This document shows positions 10,151-17,768 of a stretch of DNA of 64,000 nt, piece after piece (within the stretch, counting starts at the first letter, position 1; every line of letters starts with the position of its first letter). Under the pieces are notes generated by a model, which worked only from the letters and a program-made list of their open reading frames with translations, did no database searches and had not been told where the DNA came from. The position numbers and the translations under genes were made by a program. Origin of the DNA: Verrucomicrobiales bacterium (lineage in GTDB: Bacteria > Verrucomicrobiota > Verrucomicrobiia > Verrucomicrobiales > V1-33); assembly GCA_031411295.1 (NCBI GenBank), contig JANOAV010000072.1:15103-79102 (forward strand). Reading direction: 5' to 3'.

Positions 10151-10185
10151 GCGCCCATTGTTCAAGCCTGCCGCGCTCCGGTCAA
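10151..10185 (-). promoter_or_regulatory. Putative sigma70 promoter giving a leaderless mRNA for the prenyltransferase
   Basis: Minus strand TTGACC-17 nt-AACAAT-6 nt-ATG; no Shine-Dalgarno. Confidence 0.45.
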
Positions 10186-10235
10186 GCGGCTTCCCTCCGC
10201 CTCTGCGGAAGTGGCAAAGGAAGTTGGACGAGTTC

Positions 10236-13200
10236 CTAGGTTTGGAAATAAGCTGGTGGCAGCAGTGGCTCGTTGTCTCCCAGACGGAGGTCTGGGAAGA
10301 CTTCGTCCAGTTCTCCCAGTTCATAACGGCAGTAGCCCGCCGTGTGCCAGAGGTATTTCCTCATGTCACCCACCACGCGGTAGCGGCCATCGGGGCGCAA
10401 TGCCGCGTAGCCATCCTCATTCGCTAGCAGAATTCCGAGGCACTCACCGGTGTGAGGATTCCATAAGCGGATCGTGCCATCTTCACTGGAGGAAATAAGC
10501 AATTCCGGTCCACCCACCTGCCCTTTCCAGAAACGCACGCTGGTCACAGCTCCAGCGTGGCTGATTCCTGCTCCAGCCACGATCTCCAACACGCGAAGTA
10601 ACTTGCCTGAGGCAGGATTCCAGAGCCTGACGGACTTGTCTAAGGAGGCGGAGGCGAGCAAGCTGCCATCGTTGGAGAAGGCGACGCTGAGCACAGAATT
10701 GGTGTGTCCGAGCAGAGGGGAGCCGACGGGTTGTCCCGAGAGGGGATTCCAGAGCCTGACGGACTTGTCGGCGGAGGCGGAGGCGAGCAAGCGGCCATCG
10801 TTGGAGAAGGCGACGCTGAGCACATAAATGGTGTGTCCGAGCAGAGGGGAGCCGACGGGTTTTCCTGAGAGGGGATTCCAGAGCCTGACGGACTTGTCTA
10901 AGGAGGCGGAGGCGAGCAAGCTGCCATCGTTGGAGAAGGCGACGCTGCGCACAGAACCGGTGTGTCCGAGCAGAGGGGAGCCGACGTGTTGTCCCGAGAG
11001 GGGATTCCAGAGCCTGACGGAATTGTCGTCGGAGGCGGAGGCGAGCAAGCTGCCATCGTGGGAGAAGGCGACGCTGCGCACCCAATCGGAGTGTCCGAGC
11101 AGAGGGGAGCCGACGGGTTTTCCCGAAAGGGGATTCCAGAGCCTGACGGACTTGTCGGCGGAGGCGGAGGCGAGCAAGCGGCCATCGTTGGCGAAGGCGA
11201 CGCTGAGCACCAAATTGGAGTGTCCGAGCAGAGGGGAGCCGACGGGTTGTCCTGAGAGGGGATTCCAGAGCCTGACGGACATGTCGTAGGAGGCGGAGGC
11301 GAGCAAGCTGCCATCGTGGGAGAAGGCAACGCTGCGCACAGAATCGGTGTGTCCGAGCAGAGGGGAGCCGACGTGTTGTCCGGAGAGGGGATTCCAGAGC
11401 CTGACGGAATTGTCGTAGGAGGCGGAGGAGAGCAAGCTGCCATCGTTGGAGAAGGCGACGCTATTCACAGAATTGGAGTGTCCGCGCAGAGGGGAGCCGA
11501 CGGGTTGTCCGGAGAGGGGATTCCAGAGCCTGACGGACTTGTCGGCGGAGGCGGAGGCGAGCAAGCTGCCATCGTTGGAGAAGGCGACACTGCGCACAGT
11601 ATTGGTGTGTCCGAGCAAAACTTGCAAGCAGGTTCCCGTTTCAGCGTCCCAGAGAGTGACGCAGCCGTTTTCCTGCCCAATCGCAAGAATGTTCAACACG
11701 GGACTCCAAGCCACGCTGCAAGCAGAAGCGGCTTGAGGAAGCAGGGTGGGTAGGTGGGGCAGACGTGGTAAACTAGCCCCCACCGCCGGCAGTCCCGTCA
11801 GCAGAGGATCGTCCAACGTAGCCCCCGCCAACCGAGCCATGTCCCAGATGCTCCCCTCCATTTGCGCCCCGCGCAAATCCGCACCAATCAAAGTCGCCCG
11901 CGTGAAGTTGGCTCGTGTGAGATTGGCGTCACGGAGGTCTGCCCCCGTGAGATTGGCGCGTGTAAAATCTGCGTCGGTGAGGTTGGCTGCTCGTAAGCTA
12001 ACCTTGACCAAACTCGCCTCAAAAAATCGCGTGCCAGTCAGATTAGCATGAGCAAAGTCTAACTTATCGAGGTTATTTCCACTGAAATCGTGCTTTATCA
12101 ATGAAATGAGCGGGCGCAGATAAGTTCCCTCTTGGGGAGATTCGGTTTCAGTTTTCCGCACTCCGATCCTTGCATTAATCAAAAGTCCGTTGGTTTTCAG
12201 GGTCTGCTGAGATCCTGCGCTCAATGCCCGCTGGACCAAATGTCTAGCACGTAGTAAATGCTCTTTTTCAAGCGGAGGCAATGATGATAGTTCGTCTTGA
12301 TCCCAGTCGGTTAGAAAAGCACCGTCTCGCCAGAGCGTGCATGCTTCATTGCCTGCCGCATCCAGAAGAAACTCGGTGCAGAGCGGTGTAAGCAAGCTTA
12401 CTCCAAGCAGCGTGTCATCATACCGAGATTGACTGACAAATGGGCTCGCATAGCGCAGCCAACTGCCAGCTTCCCCTGCAGCCCGGGCGGCTGCCAGAAC
12501 GCCTTCCGGATTCCAGGCTAGCGCAATATGTCTGGCGACGAACCACTCCAAAATACTCTGATGAGCAAAAGTAAACCTGCCATCGCCATCCCTACTAAAG
12601 ACCGTGCCTGAGGCGATCCCTTTGGCTTCCTCCTTGGGGCTCAATAGCCCAAACTTCGCCCCCGGATGGGCGGAGGGCAAGCCTGCGAGCAATTCCGTTA
12701 CGATAGATTCCAAATCTGCCTCAAAAATCACGCGATCCGTGCGTTTCCATGCGATGAGCGCTAAGCGATCCAAGGCACGCCACCAAAAATCCAACCGCTC
12801 TCCATCTGTCAGCCGCTTATCAGGCAGGCGGACGAGTTCATTGTCCAACCATTGATCAAGAATGATCTGATAGAGAACTCCGGCCGTAATGTGCAGTTTC
12901 TCCTTCCCAGATTCTCGCTGTGCTTGGGCAGCGGCAACCAACCTGGAGTCATCAAGCTGGGCAATGAAAGACAACATCCGTGGGTTCTCGCTCAGACCGA
13001 GCAGATCTTGAATGCTTTTGAGTTGTTCAAACCTGTGTTGGGCTCTTGTGGCGGTTTGCTGCGGCGGATCCCCCAATTGAGCCATTTTAAAGGTTAGGAA
13101 CTGGAGGATCTGGGCTTCAGAAAACTTCTCCAATCGCAGGCGTTGAAAGCCGGGAAGTTTCACCAACTCCCGCGTCATCTGTTCATCCGAGAAAAAGTGC

Positions 13201-15350
13201 TGACTGCGCACCGTCAAGACCACTTTGGATTTCTGTCCGGCAGCTGCGGCAATGGCTTTCAGGTAGTCTGCCGCGGCATCAAAGCTGATGTTTCGAGCTA
13301 ATTCATCGTAGCCATCAAACAACAGGACGATCAGCCCTTCCCGCCTCATGTAATCAATCCGCGCAAAGTCCACGCTGGAGCAATGGTGCATGATGGCATT
13401 GGTCACCAGAGTTTTAAGATCGGAAGTTTTCTCCAAGTGACGCAGCTCAATCAGAATCGGCTGGAGCAAATTTCCATCTGCGAAATTTAGCGCAAGTTGC
13501 CGCAGTAGGTATGACTTGCCGCTGCCGAAATCCCCGTGAACAAAGAGAAACACAGGTTTCTCAAGTGCCTCCTCAAAGGTCAGAAATTTGGCGGCAACCT
13601 CCAAGGCACCGGGCACAGAAGGGATTTGATCTTTAATGTCGCAGTCCCGGACCCGCGCCAGTTCCGGAGGATATACCACCACATTTTGGTCCACGTATTG
13701 CGCGGGCAGATATCGTTCGTCACTGCTGAGTTCCTCAGTTTGCAGATCGAGAAATGGGCGCAAATCAGCGATACTCTGAAACTGGCGAAAACTGTAACAA
13801 GGGAAAGGAGCCTTGGCTTCTTGAGCGTTGCCTGAATAGACCAGGCAACAGGGGGCCGTGGGATCATGCCGCCGGAAATGCTGATGAACATTGGTAAAAC
13901 GAGCAATGCCCAGTTGGAATTCGATGTTCGCTTCCTCCTCGTTGTGGAACGGAAGATCAAGGACACCTACGGCGTAAATTCTGCCGTCTGAGGCGGTGAC
14001 ACGGATATAGGGAATCGACTTACTTTCAATCGTTGGGGAACTGGATTCTTGGTCGGAAACGAATCCTTGGGGGCGGGGATCACAAACGGCTTGAGGATCA
14101 CGGGCTTTGATGGCGGTAGTGACGAGTTCCAAGAAGCTGTCTTGGAAGAACGCCCGTAGCGCTGATCCAGTAATGCGAAGGTCCTTCAGCCCAGCATGAA
14201 CTTCAAAATCCTGCCTAACCTTAGCGTCCTGCTCCGATAATAGCATTATTTTTTCGGGATCCAAGGCACACAAGGCATCCACAGCGTGATGCTTTCGGAA
14301 CTTCTGTCCCGGTGTCTTATTATCTGAATGCCTTGTATCGGCGGCAAAGCGCTCCTGCTCAGCGTGGTAGCACCGATACCAAAGATTGATGCCTGGTTGC
14401 TTGATTTGCAGGATTTGATATTGGTTTGGAATGTGGGGCTGCTTCTGGTCTGGTCCCAGCGAGGGGCTTCCCGTTGCGAACACAGGCGTGCCATTGGCCA
14501 GGCTTTGACTGTCCGCTTTGTGGGTGTGTCCATGCAGCAGCAGGTTCAAGTCATCCCCCAAGAAGCGATTCAATTTCTCGACTTCTGTTACCTTCAGGCA
14601 TTCTTCGTCCGTATCGAACGCCCGGTTAAGGTTATGATGGACGAGTCCAACACGCAGCCATTGAGATTTGCGGTATTCAGCTAGCTCTTTCTTGAAAAAC
14701 TTGAGTTGATGCTCTCCACAGTAACCGTGGTGGCCGTAAAATGTGTTCTTGCCAAATTCTTTAACGGCTTCTTCCGCCGAGAGATGAGACTCTGCCAGGG
14801 CGGAGTTAAGGCCAGCGAACACGACTTTATATTCTGGAATCTGGAATACGGTAAACGGCTGATCCTCCACAAAACTGGGTCGGTGTTCCAAAGGAACATC
14901 TTTATAAAAGCGCTCGAACATTTTGGCAAAATGCTCAAACCGTTTGAAGCCAATTGGGGCCTGGCTGGCCGGACGCTCCGCGTAGTCCCACTGAATATAA
15001 TCAAATTTAGCCCCCTTGCGGTTAATGTCATGGTTTCCAGGGATGATGACGATTCGATGCCGTTCCTCTGGGGGAATTCCAAGGTGTGCTGCGAGACCAC
15101 TAAGGAATGACTCGGCCTGGGCAAACTCCGATTCCTCACCCCATTCTGCAAGGTCACCAGTAACGGCCACCAAATCAGGATGCAGCCCCAAATCTTCCTC
15201 AAGTTCAGCGAGATCGACTGTCAATCTAGCCAACAGAGTATCATGCGCCTGATCTTCCAAGGGCTTCTGCGTTGAGCACATTCCGCCAAAGCAATGGTTC
15301 TTCCCGAACTGCATGTCGGAGATGTGAAGGATGGTGATGGCTTCTGGCAT
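10236..15350 (-). CDS. NLR-like STAND protein: calcineurin-like metallophosphoesterase - NACHT - pentapeptide repeats - WD40
   Basis: MPE motifs ILHISDMQFG, VTGDLAE, PGNHD, VHHN, HGHTH; Walker A GDFGSGKS, Walker B VLLFDGYDEL; FAHQSILEWF; A(N/D)LTGA pentapeptides; about 10 WD40 units. Confidence 0.92.
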   Translation of the reverse strand: MPEAITILHISDMQFGKNHCFGGMCSTQKPLEDQAHDTLLARLTVDLAELEEDLGLHPDLVAVTGDLAEWGEESEFAQAESFLSGLAAHLGIPPEERHRIVIIPGNHDINRKGAKFDYIQWDYAERPASQAPIGFKRFEHFAKMFERFYKDVPLEHRPSFVEDQPFTVFQIPEYKVVFAGLNSALAESHLSAEEAVKEFGKNTFYGHHGYCGEHQLKFFKKELAEYRKSQWLRVGLVHHNLNRAFDTDEECLKVTEVEKLNRFLGDDLNLLLHGHTHKADSQSLANGTPVFATGSPSLGPDQKQPHIPNQYQILQIKQPGINLWYRCYHAEQERFAADTRHSDNKTPGQKFRKHHAVDALCALDPEKIMLLSEQDAKVRQDFEVHAGLKDLRITGSALRAFFQDSFLELVTTAIKARDPQAVCDPRPQGFVSDQESSSPTIESKSIPYIRVTASDGRIYAVGVLDLPFHNEEEANIEFQLGIARFTNVHQHFRRHDPTAPCCLVYSGNAQEAKAPFPCYSFRQFQSIADLRPFLDLQTEELSSDERYLPAQYVDQNVVVYPPELARVRDCDIKDQIPSVPGALEVAAKFLTFEEALEKPVFLFVHGDFGSGKSYLLRQLALNFADGNLLQPILIELRHLEKTSDLKTLVTNAIMHHCSSVDFARIDYMRREGLIVLLFDGYDELARNISFDAAADYLKAIAAAAGQKSKVVLTVRSQHFFSDEQMTRELVKLPGFQRLRLEKFSEAQILQFLTFKMAQLGDPPQQTATRAQHRFEQLKSIQDLLGLSENPRMLSFIAQLDDSRLVAAAQAQRESGKEKLHITAGVLYQIILDQWLDNELVRLPDKRLTDGERLDFWWRALDRLALIAWKRTDRVIFEADLESIVTELLAGLPSAHPGAKFGLLSPKEEAKGIASGTVFSRDGDGRFTFAHQSILEWFVARHIALAWNPEGVLAAARAAGEAGSWLRYASPFVSQSRYDDTLLGVSLLTPLCTEFLLDAAGNEACTLWRDGAFLTDWDQDELSSLPPLEKEHLLRARHLVQRALSAGSQQTLKTNGLLINARIGVRKTETESPQEGTYLRPLISLIKHDFSGNNLDKLDFAHANLTGTRFFEASLVKVSLRAANLTDADFTRANLTGADLRDANLTRANFTRATLIGADLRGAQMEGSIWDMARLAGATLDDPLLTGLPAVGASLPRLPHLPTLLPQAASACSVAWSPVLNILAIGQENGCVTLWDAETGTCLQVLLGHTNTVRSVAFSNDGSLLASASADKSVRLWNPLSGQPVGSPLRGHSNSVNSVAFSNDGSLLSSASYDNSVRLWNPLSGQHVGSPLLGHTDSVRSVAFSHDGSLLASASYDMSVRLWNPLSGQPVGSPLLGHSNLVLSVAFANDGRLLASASADKSVRLWNPLSGKPVGSPLLGHSDWVRSVAFSHDGSLLASASDDNSVRLWNPLSGQHVGSPLLGHTGSVRSVAFSNDGSLLASASLDKSVRLWNPLSGKPVGSPLLGHTIYVLSVAFSNDGRLLASASADKSVRLWNPLSGQPVGSPLLGHTNSVLSVAFSNDGSLLASASLDKSVRLWNPASGKLLRVLEIVAGAGISHAGAVTSVRFWKGQVGGPELLISSSEDGTIRLWNPHTGECLGILLANEDGYAALRPDGRYRVVGDMRKYLWHTAGYCRYELGELDEVFPDLRLGDNEPLLPPAYFQT
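10615..11617 (-). repeat. Eight near-identical 129-bp (43-aa) WD40-coding tandem repeats
   Basis: GGATTCCAGAGCCTGACGGA recurs at 10615, 10744, 10873, 11002, 11131, 11260, 11389, 11518 (exact 129-bp period). Confidence 0.97.
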
Positions 15351-15353
15351 GGC

Positions 15354-16031
15354 TTAGCTGAGGTGGGTGCGCTGGCGATACTCGGTGGGGGAAATGGGCT
15401 GTAGGCCCATGAAATCACGGTAGGGCCAAGAGTCTAAATCGCCCTCGCGATTCTCAAGGTGCCGTTCATCCCATTCCTGCATGATTACCCAGCGTCCGCG
15501 GATCATTTCTGGGGTGTTCAGTTTATACAACTGCTCGGTGGATCTGGCCCTGTCTGTCAACGGAGTTAGGCTGCCGTCGGGATTTGCACGGAACTCCGCC
15601 GTGAAGGTATAGCCATCGGTAGGTGCCAGCGGAGTGGTTTGCTCATCCCAACGCTCCTGCTTTGCCTCCTGACAAATGTGGCAGGCACAGTAGAGGTTGG
15701 TCCACTTGAAAGCCAAGTCAGCAAAAGCGTCCAAGCTCTTGGGGCGGAAGTGTTCAATGGTTGGCTTGCTGGTGACCGGAGGTCTCCAATGGGTATCGCA
15801 AAAGGCACAGTGGCCCTGCGTCATTTCACTTAGGGGTTCTCGAAGGTGATGGTTTAGGTGGGGCAAGGTGGCGTTGTAATGCTGACTTTTGGTTCCAACC
15901 TTAGGCCAAGCAAAGCTGGCGGTCTTACCTTGAGCGGTGGCCTTGGCCCGCCGGGCCAGCCATTGTTTTGTCCAGTCTTCTCCGTGGGTTGTCAGGATCG
16001 TAGGTTCGGCAGGACGTGTCTGTGGTCTCAT
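15354..16031 (-). CDS. HNH endonuclease, PtuB/TIGR02646-like
   Basis: HCAFCD...TIEHFRPKS...WTNLYCACHICQEAK; start overlaps the upstream ATPase stop (ATGA). Confidence 0.85.
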   Translation of the reverse strand: MRPQTRPAEPTILTTHGEDWTKQWLARRAKATAQGKTASFAWPKVGTKSQHYNATLPHLNHHLREPLSEMTQGHCAFCDTHWRPPVTSKPTIEHFRPKSLDAFADLAFKWTNLYCACHICQEAKQERWDEQTTPLAPTDGYTFTAEFRANPDGSLTPLTDRARSTEQLYKLNTPEMIRGRWVIMQEWDERHLENREGDLDSWPYRDFMGLQPISPTEYRQRTHLS

Positions 16032-17662
16032 GCGTGCTTACGGGAGCGGGGCTTCGGGGTTGCAGTGCGGACGGCAGTTGGTTTTGATTTGGAGGGCTTG
16101 GCGGAAATTTTCTTCCGCGCGGCGTCCACATTGAAGAGGTCCCTTCCGATGCGGTTTTGCAGACTCTTACTCCCACGGTTCCAAAGCTCATCCGCTTGCT
16201 GAAGCAGGGATTCTTCCTGTGACCAATCTCCAGACAATACCAGATCGCGGAGACGGTCAAACTCCAGCAACATGGCCTCTGTGGCGGGGTCGTAGCGTTG
16301 GTAGGATGTGAGACCTAACGCGTCCTCCACGGCATCCATGTAGGTGTCACCCAATCCACATTTGTGAGAGGTGGCAACGGTTACGGCATTGGTGGAGGCA
16401 TCAACATCTAAAATGTGCACCCATCCTTCATTGATGGATGAAATGAGAAAGGGGCTGTGCGTGGCGGCTATGATCTGCGCATGGGGAAGCAGGTGCTGGG
16501 CGGCTAGCAGGACTTGGCGCTGCCATTTCGGATGCAAGTGGCCTTCGGGTTCATCAAGCAGCAGGATTAGGGGCACATCCAGCGGGTCTGTTTCATCCGG
16601 AAAGGAGTGCATGAGCTTACCAATGCAAGCGCCCAACCACCCAAGAATGGCTCTGAGACCGTCTGGCAATTCATCGATGCTCATGACTTTACCATGAAGC
16701 TGGACGCGCAATTGGACAGACTGGGTTTGGTTCAGGAGCAGTCGCACTTGGGTGTCCGCAATGGTGCTGAGAGCAGCTTCCAACCGACGTTTAACGCTGT
16801 GCCAACGCCCGGATGAACTGTCTGCCGTATTTTCCGGTGAGTCCATGGCCGCGCGCGAACAAAGATTTGCCAGCGCCTGGCAGATGGTCTGATTATCCGA
16901 TTCTCCCAAGCTAGAGAAGGTAAGGTTTTCTTCATCCTTCCCGACAGCAATAGGCTTCAGGGCCTCAATCTTAGCATCGCTCAACCTGGACAAGCCCTGG
17001 AATGCTAGCGCAAATGGACGCGGAGTATTAGGGGGGATTTTAACAGCTAAAAGATGACGTGTGGATGCAGGCTCGGTGCGCGGCTCATCAGATGAATCCA
17101 AGGAAAACTCAATTTTCATGACACGACCAGTGAGTTCCTTAGCAATCTCGTGGATTTTTGCACTTGTCGCTGGGCGCTGGGCTGCTTCGAAGGCGAGGGC
17201 ATCAGGTTGAAAATACCGCACGGACAAGCGGTTTCCCACCAGTGAACTTGCAACCCCTGCGGCCAGCCAAGAAGCTACTAACGGCATTTGATCGTGATAT
17301 TCATTCAGAATTTTCTGCCACATGCTTTTCGCATCCACAGAAGTAGCTGCTTTCGTATCCGGCCTCGTCCACTGCACATGGTCTAGTTTCGCTTCCCAAT
17401 AGCCTCTGAATTCATCTAATTGAGATTTCCCAACAACCGCAGCATCAATGGATTTAGAGGCAATTCGGCGGTTTTTAAGTTCGGTATCATTTCCCAAAGC
17501 TGCGCATAGCAAAGCTAGCAGACGAGTCTTACCTGCGCCATTCGGGCCTACGAGAAGGTGGACCTCAGCTAGGCCTGAGCCTATTTCCTGAGAAGGAAAA
17601 ACAAGCCGACTTCCCGACTGGAAAGGGGCAAACTGGCGAAGTTCAATAGAGTCTATGCGCAT
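16028..17662 (-). CDS. ABC/AAA_21-type ATPase, PtuA-like
   Basis: MRIDSIELRQF start, Walker A GPNGAGKT, signature-like ELPDG, Walker B LLLDEPEGHLHPKWQR, H-loop ATHSPF. Confidence 0.88.
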   Translation of the reverse strand: MRIDSIELRQFAPFQSGSRLVFPSQEIGSGLAEVHLLVGPNGAGKTRLLALLCAALGNDTELKNRRIASKSIDAAVVGKSQLDEFRGYWEAKLDHVQWTRPDTKAATSVDAKSMWQKILNEYHDQMPLVASWLAAGVASSLVGNRLSVRYFQPDALAFEAAQRPATSAKIHEIAKELTGRVMKIEFSLDSSDEPRTEPASTRHLLAVKIPPNTPRPFALAFQGLSRLSDAKIEALKPIAVGKDEENLTFSSLGESDNQTICQALANLCSRAAMDSPENTADSSSGRWHSVKRRLEAALSTIADTQVRLLLNQTQSVQLRVQLHGKVMSIDELPDGLRAILGWLGACIGKLMHSFPDETDPLDVPLILLLDEPEGHLHPKWQRQVLLAAQHLLPHAQIIAATHSPFLISSINEGWVHILDVDASTNAVTVATSHKCGLGDTYMDAVEDALGLTSYQRYDPATEAMLLEFDRLRDLVLSGDWSQEESLLQQADELWNRGSKSLQNRIGRDLFNVDAARKKISAKPSKSKPTAVRTATPKPRSRKHA

Positions 17663-17768
17663 GCGAGAAAATGATTTTGAGCGGGAACGAGAGGCTGAAA
17701 CTCGGCTTAAAGGCTCAGGGTATCATAGATAACAAGGGCGCAAAGTAAAGCGCAATGCGGGGGGCAGT

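Noticed and set aside
10615..11617. CRISPR array or DGR variable region in the 129-bp repeats
   Set aside because: The repeats are contiguous, in-frame WD40 codons with no unique spacers. Variation is not adenine-specific (TCT/TTG/TGG/TAT; GCC/TAC/TTA), and no RT, template repeat or cas gene is present.
10474..11753. Multiple repetitive ORFs in other frames (e.g. MAACSPPPP, GFQSLTD)
   Set aside because: These are shadow frames of the WD40 repeat array.
15354..17768. Retron type I-A (RT + msr/msd + PtuAB)
   Set aside because: No reverse transcriptase in the window, and the roughly 100-bp upstream gap shows no a1/a2 inverted repeats.
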